Origin: a virus
Length of the DNA stretch: 64,000 nucleotides
Direction: 5' to 3' (one strand)
IMG/VR virus record: IMGVR_UViG_3300005613_000018
Coordinates: 35,610-99,609 of that record
Part shown: positions 10,063-17,919 of the stretch, one piece after another
Numbering within the stretch: the stretch's first letter is position 1
How the letters are laid out: the number at the start of each line of letters is the position of its first letter
Position numbers and translations under genes: made by a program
Notes under the pieces: model-generated
Seen by the model: the letters and a program-made list of their open reading frames with translations, nothing else
What the model was told of the DNA's origin: nothing
The model's database searches: none

Positions 10063-10158
10063 AACAATGTCGAAATAACATTACTTTTTCGATCCGTCTC
10101 TGATCTAACATTACCTGATCAAAAGAGATAAAAACACACATTATTTTGAGGTATCCTC

Positions 10159-11364
10159 ATGTCTAACAAAAAGAATTTTCTGAAGGTTTTCCCTGTCAAG
10201 AAGTCACCAAAGGTGAAAACTATTCGTAACGTAATCTCCGATTATTGTGGAGTGATTGAAGAATCTGAAGGATTTGGATTGGTTGATCCTGCTGGAAGAC
10301 CGAAGTATATTGCTCCAGAAAACTGTCAGCGCCCTGAATCCTGGAATGATGAAGATCGTAAGTATTGCTTTGAGTCTATCCTGATGGACCAACTAGAAGG
10401 TAATCTTATCTTTATCAATTTGAAGGTTGCTATCTCTAAACTAAAAGATCTTGCTCCTGAAGATCCTGCCCTTGAAGAACTTGAAAAATATGTACGTCAA
10501 AAATATGGATATATTGTCCTGGATGGAAATAATCGAATCTCTTTCCTGACTAATCTTATCACGAACCAGTATAAACTCCCTCGTGGATCTTTTCCCTATG
10601 TTTGTGATGGCAAAGTAAAAACTCTTACCATTGCAAGTAATACATACTTCTCTAACTTGAAAGAAGATGTTCAAGAACTGATCCTTGAACGTGAATTAGT
10701 TATCAGTGAATATACTCAGATCAATGGTCAGAGTATGAGTAATGTTTTCCTTGCTGCTAATGCAGGTTGTCCTCTTAATCATCAAGAACGTCGCAATGCT
10801 CGGTATAATTCTTGGGCATCATGGATTCGCAGTATTCGTCACAACAACAACGATCTGTGTATCAAAGCAGAAGGAATTAACCACAATAAGCGTCTGAAGG
10901 GTGATGAGTTTCTAACTCGAACAATTAATCTTGCTCTTCGTCTCAAATTTATCGAAGAGAGTGAAAATGTTCCTACCGTGACACAACACACCATGAACCA
11001 AATGTATAGGGGAGACTTCGTAACTGATGAACAAAAAGAATCCTTTGAGGCTAACTTCAACCTCTTGGATAATTGGATGGATCGTCTCAGTAAACAAGAA
11101 AGAATCACTGATAAGATGCTTACAGCATCCACGATGCAAAATCTTTATTGGATGATGACAAATGGATTGACTGAGTATGAAGATGTTGTTAATGTTGTTC
11201 AAATGCTCCATAAAGCAAAAACCATGTCCAAATATGTTAATGAAGATGGTAACAACTTTGCATGGGCATGTGGAGGCACCGGTTCTAAACACAATCAGAT
11301 GCGACTGAAAGTTTTCTCCGATATTTTTGATAAACTAGGGTCAAAATCAAAGATTTCCTCCTAA
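10159..11364 (+). CDS. DUF262 / ParB-Srx fold protein (GmrSD/DndB-like N-terminal domain)
   Basis: Motifs QRPESW, IVLDGNNR and FLAANAGCPLN match the DUF262 QR / DGQQR / FxxxN pattern. Confidence 0.65.
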   Translation: MSNKKNFLKVFPVKKSPKVKTIRNVISDYCGVIEESEGFGLVDPAGRPKYIAPENCQRPESWNDEDRKYCFESILMDQLEGNLIFINLKVAISKLKDLAPEDPALEELEKYVRQKYGYIVLDGNNRISFLTNLITNQYKLPRGSFPYVCDGKVKTLTIASNTYFSNLKEDVQELILERELVISEYTQINGQSMSNVFLAANAGCPLNHQERRNARYNSWASWIRSIRHNNNDLCIKAEGINHNKRLKGDEFLTRTINLALRLKFIEESENVPTVTQHTMNQMYRGDFVTDEQKESFEANFNLLDNWMDRLSKQERITDKMLTASTMQNLYWMMTNGLTEYEDVVNVVQMLHKAKTMSKYVNEDGNNFAWACGGTGSKHNQMRLKVFSDIFDKLGSKSKISS

Positions 11365-11366
11365 TA

Positions 11367-11422
11367 GACACTTTCTAAACTGTCCACCACTCCTTGACGG
11401 GGGTGGTTTTTTCATGTATATT
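11367..11422 (+). promoter_or_regulatory. Early promoter/terminator element: GACACTT-N4-AACTGTC, then a stem-loop holding TTGACG, -10 TATATT
   Basis: -35 at 11394-11399 sits in the accactcc/ggggtggt stem-loop followed by a T-run; -10 at 11417-11422. Confidence 0.7.
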
Positions 11423-11440
11423 GATTTTATTGATTGATTT

Positions 11441-12625
11441 TTGATGACTGTTTCTCTTCGTCCTCACCAAAAAGAAGCTCTTGAAGCCTTGATGAGTAAT
11501 GATAAAGGACAGTGTATCTTTCCAACTGGTGGCGGTAAGACACTGGTCGGAATTATGGATGCAAAGAAACGATTTGAGTCTGATACTCCTCGGACTATTG
11601 TTGTTGTTGCTCCTCGTATTCTGTTGGCAGAACAATTGTCTTCAGAGTATCTGGAACATATTACTAATGCAAATGTTCTTCACGTTCACAGTGGAGAGAC
11701 TAAACATTTCAAGACAACAAAGTCTGACCGTATCAAATTGTTTGTTGATATGTGTCACTCTGTGAGTGAACATGTGATTATCTTCACCACTTACAATTCC
11801 CTCCATCGTGTTCAGGAGTCTGGAATTGATGTAGATACGATTTACTTTGACGAGGCACATAACAGTGTCAAACGTAACTTTTTTGGGCCCACTGAGTATT
11901 TCTCTGGTCATGCAGATCGTTGTTTCTTCTTTACAGCAACTCGTAAGACTTCCGTCACTATCAACAAACCAGGAATGAATGATCGTGATGTTTATGGTGA
12001 TGTGATTTCTCGTGTTTCTGCACCTACACTTGTTGAGGGTGGTTACATTCTTCCTCCTAAAGTGAAAGTGATTGACATGGAAAAACATTCCACTAAAGCT
12101 ATCACTCCTGATATTGACAATGATAACATTTTGACCACGATTGATGATATTGGAATCAAAAAGATTCTGGTATGTGTGAAGACCTCTAAACAACTCATCA
12201 ATCTGTTTCAAACTGACTTTGCAGATGAGTTGACTCAACGGGGTTATTCTTACCTTTATATCACATCTAAGACTGGTGCAGTTATTGATGGTCAGAAAGT
12301 CAATCGTGAGGTGTTTTTCAACACTCTGAACACTTGGGGTAAAGATCCCAACAAGAAGTTTGTTGTTCTTCATCGTTCAATTCTGTCCGAAGGTATCAAC
12401 GTGTCAGAACTTGAGGCTGTTATCTTCCTTCGTAACATGGATGTAATCGAAATGACCCAAACTATTGGACGTGTTATCAGAAAGGGTACTGAGTCCAAAA
12501 CATTTGGATTTTGTATTGTTCCGAGTTACTCTAAAGTCGGAGTTTCCACCGAAAAGTCACTTCAAAGGTGTGTGGACATTGTGTTTGAAAAAGGTGAAAT
12601 GTTGGATTCTGTGGTTCGTAAATGA
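11441..12625 (+). CDS. Superfamily 2 (DEAH, ResIII-like) helicase
   Basis: LRPHQ Q-motif, PTGGGKT Walker A, DEAH, TAT, ILSEGIN, QTIGRVIR. Confidence 0.9.
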   Translation: MMTVSLRPHQKEALEALMSNDKGQCIFPTGGGKTLVGIMDAKKRFESDTPRTIVVVAPRILLAEQLSSEYLEHITNANVLHVHSGETKHFKTTKSDRIKLFVDMCHSVSEHVIIFTTYNSLHRVQESGIDVDTIYFDEAHNSVKRNFFGPTEYFSGHADRCFFFTATRKTSVTINKPGMNDRDVYGDVISRVSAPTLVEGGYILPPKVKVIDMEKHSTKAITPDIDNDNILTTIDDIGIKKILVCVKTSKQLINLFQTDFADELTQRGYSYLYITSKTGAVIDGQKVNREVFFNTLNTWGKDPNKKFVVLHRSILSEGINVSELEAVIFLRNMDVIEMTQTIGRVIRKGTESKTFGFCIVPSYSKVGVSTEKSLQRCVDIVFEKGEMLDSVVRK

Positions 12626-12834
12626 CCTTCAATAATTCTCACATTCTTGATCCTAATCCAGGAGTGATTGGGTTTGTTGTTGACAATGGAAAGTATGCAG
12701 CAATTCCTATTGTTGGGAATGACAAAAAACTTATGGTCATTTACAATGACTGTAAAAGTATGAAGGTATGTAGAAACAAACAATCTGCAATAAACTTCAT
12801 CGAGAAGGAGAGAAAACGAAAGAATAAAAGTTAG
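12622..12834 (+). CDS. Hypothetical protein
   Basis: Coupled to the helicase; stop TAG lies inside repeat copy 3. Confidence 0.65.
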   Translation: MTFNNSHILDPNPGVIGFVVDNGKYAAIPIVGNDKKLMVIYNDCKSMKVCRNKQSAINFIEKERKRKNKS

Positions 12835-12866
12835 TAACCTCTAAAGTTCTTCTATAGTGTAACCAC
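12827..12866 (+). repeat. Cassette repeat copy 3
   Basis: aaagttagtaacctctaaagttcttctatagtgtaaccac. Confidence 0.9.
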
Positions 12867-12878
12867 TTCTTTTTTATC

Positions 12879-13067
12879 ATGGCTCGTTACAAAGTAAATG
12901 TTGACAACATTCCTGGACATGGTGCAGGTTCTCGGAATGTAATTGTTGAAGCCGATTGTACTCAAGAGGCAAAAAACATCGCAGAAAACATCACTGGAGG
13001 AACAGCATATAATTGTTTCCTTCAACGTGAATCTGGTCGTGGTCTTTTTGGTCTTCTTTTTGGTTGA
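12879..13067 (+). CDS. Hypothetical protein
   Basis: ORF after repeat copy 3. Confidence 0.65.
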   Translation: MARYKVNVDNIPGHGAGSRNVIVEADCTQEAKNIAENITGGTAYNCFLQRESGRGLFGLLFG

Positions 13068-13070
13068 TTC

Positions 13071-13238
13071 ATGATTCAAAACAAATCACAAATTATCAAA
13101 GTTGTTCGTGAAGTTTCTAAATCACACAAATTCACAAGAGAAGAAAAGTTCACGATTTTTGTAAATGTCTGTGACAACATGTTAGAATCAGGTAAGATCA
13201 CACAAAAACAACATCACTCCTGGACAAATGTGTTCTGA
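13071..13238 (+). CDS. Small hypothetical protein (55 aa, MIQNKSQII...WTNVF*)
   Basis: Manually translated; stop 2 nt before repeat copy 4. Confidence 0.65.
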   Translation: MIQNKSQIIKVVREVSKSHKFTREEKFTIFVNVCDNMLESGKITQKQHHSWTNVF

Positions 13239-13240
13239 TT

Positions 13241-13280
13241 AAAGTTAGTAACCTCTAAAGTTCCCCTTTACTGTAACCAC
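13241..13280 (+). repeat. Cassette repeat copy 4
   Basis: aaagttagtaacctctaaagttcccctttactgtaaccac. Confidence 0.9.
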
Positions 13281-13291
13281 TGATTTCAAAT

Positions 13292-14176
13292 ATGCCACTC
13301 ACTCACATCGAACATCCTGAAGATACCATCCTCACGGGTGATATGACCGCCATTAATGTTCTTTATGGTCGTGGAAATGTTTCTGTGAAGGTTGATGGAG
13401 CTCCTGCAATTGTGTGGGGAATTGATCCTAACAATGACAAGTTCTTTGTTGCAACCAAGAGTGCATTTAACAAGAAAAAGATAAAGCGTTGTTACAGTAT
13501 TGAAGACATTTACACACTTTATGATGAGAAAACTCATGGTAGTTTGATTAAAGTTCTGGTTGCATGTTACAAACATCTTCCTGTAACAATCGGTGTCTTT
13601 CAGGGTGATTTTATTGGTTTCGGTGGTAGTGATACTTACACTCCAAACACTTTGACATACAATTTCCCTGAAGTTGTGTCTGAGGATATTATCATCGCTC
13701 CTCACACTTACTATCTTGGTGATGACTTTCCTACAATGGAAGCTTATCCTATAGAGGGTGAACTTATCAGCACTGATTCTTGTAAATTCGTTCAACCAAT
13801 TGTTGATAGAGTTTTTGGTAATAGTCGAGCTCCAAAGATTAACACCGACATGATTGACTTCCTAAGTGAGAAGGAATCAAAACAGGCAAAGATGTCAATC
13901 AACGCCATCATTCGTTCTGGTCAGGAACTTGATGAAGAGACCTTAATTGACATTGTTGGTTCTCCAATGTTGGCAAATCTTTACATGTTTGTGTTAGAGA
14001 TGAAGTATGATTTGATGGAAACTTTCATCATTTACGATTCTCCAGATTGTTATCTCAATGGTGAAAAGATTATGGGTGAAGGTTTCGTAATGACTTCTGA
14101 AGATGGTAACACAATTAAACTTGTTGATCGTCCTCAGTTTGCATACGCTAACATGACTCAAGGTCGTTTCAATTAA
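13292..14176 (+). CDS. Ligase/nucleotidyltransferase-fold protein (DUF6267-like)
   Basis: HIEHPED, SVKVDGAPA (KxDG motif I), FQGDF, GEGFV and IKLVDR motifs. Confidence 0.6.
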   Translation: MPLTHIEHPEDTILTGDMTAINVLYGRGNVSVKVDGAPAIVWGIDPNNDKFFVATKSAFNKKKIKRCYSIEDIYTLYDEKTHGSLIKVLVACYKHLPVTIGVFQGDFIGFGGSDTYTPNTLTYNFPEVVSEDIIIAPHTYYLGDDFPTMEAYPIEGELISTDSCKFVQPIVDRVFGNSRAPKINTDMIDFLSEKESKQAKMSINAIIRSGQELDEETLIDIVGSPMLANLYMFVLEMKYDLMETFIIYDSPDCYLNGEKIMGEGFVMTSEDGNTIKLVDRPQFAYANMTQGRFN

Positions 14177-14214
14177 AGTTAGTAACCTCCAAAGTTCCAC
14201 TGTATTGTAACCAC
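14175..14214 (+). repeat. Cassette repeat copy 5
   Basis: aaagttagtaacctccaaagttccactgtattgtaaccac. Confidence 0.9.
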
Positions 14215-14225
14215 GTTTTTTGATT

Positions 14226-14663
14226 ATGAGCACTCGTTCACGAATTGGTATTGAACTTGCTGACAAATCTATTCTCAGCATCTATCAACATTGGGATGGT
14301 TATCCTGAGTGGACTGGTCGCATTTTGAACACACATTACACCAATAAAGAGAAAGTTTCTGAACTGATTGATGGTGGTGATTGTTCATCTATCTGGACAA
14401 AAGATCGTTGGACTGGTAAACAACTTGCCCCATATGTGATTGAACAGAAAGAATCAAAGGAATATGGCCCACAACATTACTCTGGACGTGGTGAGGATTG
14501 TCCTCCTCGTCTTGATAATAATGTGAAAGAGTTTCTCTCTGATGGTGAAGAATACTCTTACATTTTCCGTGATGGTGAATGGATCTGTTACAACATGCAC
14601 CAGTTTGATGAGAGAAAATCTCCTGAAGTTGTTGAGATTCCAAATGGGGCACTTGCCTGTTGA
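14226..14663 (+). CDS. Hypothetical phage protein (MSTRSRIG...HWDGYP family)
   Basis: ORF bounded by repeat copies 5 and 6. Confidence 0.75.
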   Translation: MSTRSRIGIELADKSILSIYQHWDGYPEWTGRILNTHYTNKEKVSELIDGGDCSSIWTKDRWTGKQLAPYVIEQKESKEYGPQHYSGRGEDCPPRLDNNVKEFLSDGEEYSYIFRDGEWICYNMHQFDERKSPEVVEIPNGALAC

Positions 14664-14664
14664 T

Positions 14665-14703
14665 AAAGTTAGTAACCTCCAAAGTTCCACTGTATTGTAA
14701 CCA
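14665..14703 (+). repeat. Cassette repeat copy 6
   Basis: Identical to copy 5 over 39 nt. Confidence 0.9.
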
Positions 14704-14710
14704 TTGAACT

Positions 14711-15049
14711 ATGATGATCACTCAAACCAAACCCGAATTTCTGACTGAAGCACTGATTGAAGTTTTGAACAACGATCAGAAAGTCAACGCTATCGAATCT
14801 TCACGAAATACTTATACCAACTTTGAGTATGAAGTGGGTCGAAAGTATATCAAAGTTTGGTCTTATTTGATCTCTGATGGTGAACGTCTTCGTGGCCGTT
14901 CTTGTTACATGTTCGTTGATAAGAACACTGGTGAAGTGTTCAAACCAGCGTCATACAAAGCACCAGCTAAAGGTGTGAGGTATCTTATCACTCAACTGGC
15001 AGATAATCCTCACATTTGTGATCCTTACGGTTCTTTTCTTTATCTCTGA
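14711..15049 (+). CDS. Hypothetical phage protein (GRKYIKV...KPASYKAPAKGVRY family)
   Basis: ORF after repeat copy 6. Confidence 0.75.
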   Translation: MMITQTKPEFLTEALIEVLNNDQKVNAIESSRNTYTNFEYEVGRKYIKVWSYLISDGERLRGRSCYMFVDKNTGEVFKPASYKAPAKGVRYLITQLADNPHICDPYGSFLYL

Positions 15050-15126
15050 TGTTTATGTTTCGAGCATTGTATTACTTTTTTCTGGGAACATTCTTTATGA
15101 TTATCATTCGAGTTTTCTCGAATTAA
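15049..15126 (+). CDS. Putative 25-aa hydrophobic peptide (MFMFRALYYFFLGTFFMIIIRVFSN)
   Basis: TGATG coupling; stop overlaps repeat copy 7. Confidence 0.4.
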   Translation: MFMFRALYYFFLGTFFMIIIRVFSN

Positions 15127-15159
15127 AGTTAGTTACCTCGAAAGTTCCCTTATAGTGTA
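15125..15159 (+). repeat. Cassette repeat copy 7
   Basis: aaagttagttacctcgaaagttcccttatagtgta. Confidence 0.9.
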
Positions 15160-15180
15160 GGAACCACACTCTTAAAAACA

Positions 15181-15447
15181 ATGTCTGATTACATGGTCAA
15201 GATGGGTTCGAAACCTGAAACTTACGAAGATCATTGTCATGATACAATGAGTAAAATGTTGTCGGTAATTCGTTACCTTATGAAGGGTGAGAATGATCGT
15301 GCAAAGTATTGGTTTGAAGAGTTTGTTCTTCCTGGACTTGAAGAAGTGTATAAAGGTCAAGATCCTAAGTATGGTGTAAGTTCCTTCTCTATGTTATATC
15401 GTGAAGGTAACTTTGACTGGGATCTAATCTGTTCCTCTCCTCTCTGA
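15181..15447 (+). CDS. Hypothetical protein
   Basis: Bounded by repeat copies 7 and 8. Confidence 0.7.
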   Translation: MSDYMVKMGSKPETYEDHCHDTMSKMLSVIRYLMKGENDRAKYWFEEFVLPGLEEVYKGQDPKYGVSSFSMLYREGNFDWDLICSSPL

Positions 15448-15450
15448 ATT

Positions 15451-15484
15451 AAAGTTAGTAACCTCTAAAGTTCCCCTATAGTAT
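15451..15484 (+). repeat. Cassette repeat copy 8
   Basis: aaagttagtaacctctaaagttcccctatagtat. Confidence 0.9.
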
Positions 15485-15644
15485 GAACAACAACTATCTC
15501 ACTGATTACATCGAATCCAAAGGTTACACTGTAAGAGAGTGTTACCGTCCAGCTAAAAAGGAAGTTCCTGACAACATGAAAGATCGTTATTCTTCCTATG
15601 AAGAGTATCAAGAAGCACTGTACGATTTCCTCAACGGTCAATGA
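15483..15644 (+). CDS. Small hypothetical protein (53 aa, MNNNYLTDY...NGQ*)
   Basis: Manually translated; ATG overlaps the repeat end; couples to 15641. Confidence 0.55.
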   Translation: MNNNYLTDYIESKGYTVRECYRPAKKEVPDNMKDRYSSYEEYQEALYDFLNGQ

Positions 15645-15832
15645 AAACAACAACAGCAACTTATCAGATTGAAGTGACAACTGATGAAGGATATTTGGCA
15701 TTCATCAAAGTCATGCCCACACGTCCAAAAACACATAAGGGCATTCAATCACAGAACAATAAGTTATCAAAATGGGTAGAAAAAAAATATCCTAACTTTA
15801 CTTCTTACGACATTTCTCTTCTCGAATTATGA
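15641..15832 (+). CDS. Hypothetical protein
   Basis: Coupled ORF. Confidence 0.65.
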   Translation: MKTTTATYQIEVTTDEGYLAFIKVMPTRPKTHKGIQSQNNKLSKWVEKKYPNFTSYDISLLEL

Positions 15833-16029
15833 ATTCAATCTCAGAAAAGTTTATCGAAGATCGTCTTGTTTATCTGATTGAAAGACTGAATAGTGCAGTG
15901 AAAGTTTGTCATGAAGCAGTCGAGATTGAAGATCAAGGTTATCCTTACGCAACAGGATATAGTCGGTCAGCAATGCAATCAGTATCAGAAGAACTTCAAA
16001 ACATTGTGAAGGAGATTCAACAGAATTAA
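15829..16029 (+). CDS. Hypothetical protein (GYPYATGYSRS motif)
   Basis: Coupled ORF; stop overlaps repeat copy 9. Confidence 0.65.
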   Translation: MNSISEKFIEDRLVYLIERLNSAVKVCHEAVEIEDQGYPYATGYSRSAMQSVSEELQNIVKEIQQN

Positions 16030-16067
16030 AGTTAGTAACCTCCAAAGTTCTCCTATAGTGTAACCAC
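16028..16067 (+). repeat. Cassette repeat copy 9
   Basis: aaagttagtaacctccaaagttctcctatagtgtaaccac. Confidence 0.9.
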
Positions 16068-16087
16068 TACGTGACCCACTGATTCCC

Positions 16088-16258
16088 ATGACTGAAATGA
16101 CCTACTATGTGATGTTTCAATCTGAAGAACTGGAAATTCCTGAATACATTGGGCCTTTCTATTCTGAAGAGGACGCATCAGATTACGCTGATTACAACAA
16201 TCAAGGATTAGCTAACAATGGTGTTCCTGGATGGAAATCATCTTATGGAGTTGTCTAG
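16088..16258 (+). CDS. Small hypothetical protein (56 aa, MTEMTYYVMF...YIGPF)
   Basis: Manually translated; bounded by repeat copies 9 and 10. Confidence 0.65.
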   Translation: MTEMTYYVMFQSEELEIPEYIGPFYSEEDASDYADYNNQGLANNGVPGWKSSYGVV

Positions 16259-16263
16259 GAATT

Positions 16264-16297
16264 AAAGTTAGTTACCTCGAAAGTTCCCCTATAGTAT
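16264..16297 (+). repeat. Cassette repeat copy 10
   Basis: aaagttagttacctcgaaagttcccctatagtat. Confidence 0.9.
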
Positions 16298-16538
16298 GAA
16301 CAACACTCAAATGACTCTCACAGAACGAAACGAAAGGCTTTACGAACTTCGTCAGAAACTTAACAAGGCTCGTGCAGAAGTTGCATGGATTGAACAAGAA
16401 ATTTGGTTGGTAAAAGATCAATACGATCGTCAAGGTCGTGACATTTATCAAGAAATGTTTGGTGAAAAGAACACTTTATGGGATCATCTTGATCGTATGA
16501 GTGACACTCCCATGGCTGAAGCAATTTACGGAGGTTGA
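16296..16538 (+). CDS. Hypothetical coiled-coil protein (start may be 16311)
   Basis: ORF track. Confidence 0.7.
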   Translation: MNNTQMTLTERNERLYELRQKLNKARAEVAWIEQEIWLVKDQYDRQGRDIYQEMFGEKNTLWDHLDRMSDTPMAEAIYGG

Positions 16539-16541
16539 ATC

Positions 16542-16742
16542 ATGACTCTTCACGAACAACAACTCGATCAACTCAAACTCAATTACGCCGAGATGATTGT
16601 TGATGGTATGGATATGAATACTCTCATCACTTTTGCAGTTGAGAGTATTGAACAGAACATGAAAGATTGGGATGAAGAGGATGTTAAGTCTGAAATCTTA
16701 GATCTTTATGGTGAAGAAACATGGGAAAGTCTTCAGGAATAA
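16542..16742 (+). CDS. Hypothetical acidic protein
   Basis: GGAGG RBS; stop overlaps repeat copy 11. Confidence 0.7.
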   Translation: MTLHEQQLDQLKLNYAEMIVDGMDMNTLITFAVESIEQNMKDWDEEDVKSEILDLYGEETWESLQE

Positions 16743-16774
16743 AGTTAGTTACCTCTAAAGTTCCCTTATAGTAT
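16741..16774 (+). repeat. Cassette repeat copy 11
   Basis: aaagttagttacctctaaagttcccttatagtat. Confidence 0.9.
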
Positions 16775-16967
16775 GAACAACATTCAAACGACCATGAAGA
16801 ACACTATCGAACCTAAGTTTCTTATCTACGGTGAATTCATTCGTCCGAATGGTCATCAGAAATATGACATCTTGGGTTACATCGCTTCAACAAGAGAGGA
16901 GGCAATTCTCAACTGTCGTCGTAACAATCCTCACTTCCACATTATCACTGTACGGGAAGAATCCTGA
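16773..16967 (+). CDS. Hypothetical protein (start may be 16794)
   Basis: Bounded by repeat copies 11 and 12. Confidence 0.65.
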   Translation: MNNIQTTMKNTIEPKFLIYGEFIRPNGHQKYDILGYIASTREEAILNCRRNNPHFHIITVREES

Positions 16968-16972
16968 CTATT

Positions 16973-17012
16973 ATTGTTAGTTACCTCGAAAGTTCTTCTA
17001 TAGTGTAACCAC
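16973..17012 (+). repeat. Cassette repeat copy 12
   Basis: attgttagttacctcgaaagttcttctatagtgtaaccac. Confidence 0.88.
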
Positions 17013-17046
17013 TACGTGGCACACTACGTGACCCACTAATTTCATC

Positions 17047-17394
17047 ATGAGAAAGATCGAATCTCAAATGTGTCAGGCAATTCAGTCAAGTCAGAACTGG
17101 CAATCAGCTAACACTTGTGTCACATTTGACGAGAAAACTTCCACCTCTTCTGTTTATCTTCATGGTAATCTGATCGCTACTGTGACAGATAATGATATGA
17201 CGATTTATGATGGTGGCTATCAATCAAACACCACAAAATCACGATTAAACGCATTATGTAATGAATTTTGTATTTCTGGTGAAGGAGTTTTTCAAAAGAA
17301 TTTCAATTGGTATGTAAGAAAGTTTGTCGGATGTATCAATGGAGAGAATATCTTTCAGACTGAAGAATTCACTGATGGTTACATCTTCACCTGA
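17047..17394 (+). CDS. Hypothetical cyanophage protein (MRKIE...TTKSRLNAL family)
   Basis: Bounded by repeat copies 12 and 13. Confidence 0.75.
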   Translation: MRKIESQMCQAIQSSQNWQSANTCVTFDEKTSTSSVYLHGNLIATVTDNDMTIYDGGYQSNTTKSRLNALCNEFCISGEGVFQKNFNWYVRKFVGCINGENIFQTEEFTDGYIFT

Positions 17395-17399
17395 CTATT

Positions 17400-17439
17400 A
17401 AAGTTAGTTACCTCCAAACTTCCCCCATTACATAACCAC
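17400..17439 (+). repeat. Cassette repeat copy 13 (degenerate 3' half)
   Basis: aaagttagttacctccaaacttcccccattacataaccac. Confidence 0.8.
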
Positions 17440-17465
17440 TACGTGACCCACTACGTTCAATCATT

Positions 17466-17798
17466 ATGTTCACAACTGAAATGACCTTTGAAGTTATGAA
17501 TCCTGAATTTGCTGGATGTTATCTGGCTGTGTGTGATGGTGATATTTCTACCACTAAGTTCTTTGACACTAAGAATGAAATGTTTGGTTGGATTCTTGAT
17601 ATGTTAGAGAATAAAGGTTATGATGAAGTTCAAACTACTGTTATGGGTAAAAATGGTGAAGTAGAAGAAAAACTTCTCTGTAAAAAAGTGACCTATCTTC
17701 GTGATGAAGATTGTTATAAAGGTGGAAAATATGAACCTGAGATTGGTACTGATATTCGAGCAATTTACCATTATGAAGATAAGTTCTCTTGGGTCTGA
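17466..17798 (+). CDS. Hypothetical protein
   Basis: ORF after repeat copy 13. Confidence 0.7.
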   Translation: MFTTEMTFEVMNPEFAGCYLAVCDGDISTTKFFDTKNEMFGWILDMLENKGYDEVQTTVMGKNGEVEEKLLCKKVTYLRDEDCYKGGKYEPEIGTDIRAIYHYEDKFSWV

Positions 17799-17842
17799 TT
17801 TATCTCTTTTAATGTAACTCAAACTATCTAAATAACATTGCT

Positions 17843-17915
17843 TGTGTGTAGTTACCGAGCAGACTTGGGAGGCTTTGGGCCTCCTTTGTCGTATAAATAA
17901 GTATAACTACACACA
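17843..17915 (+). promoter_or_regulatory. Late promoter TATAAATA inside a hairpin that masks the endonuclease translation-start region
   Basis: 12-bp inverted repeat tgtgtgtagtta (17843-54) / taactacacaca (17904-15); inner ggaggc/gcctcc stem; TATAAATA at 17892-99. Confidence 0.75.
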
Positions 17916-17919
17916 CGGC

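Noticed and set aside
11642-12373. 243-aa antisense ORF over the helicase, and similar antisense ORFs in the track
   Set aside because: They lie within well-supported + strand genes and show no motifs or expression signals.
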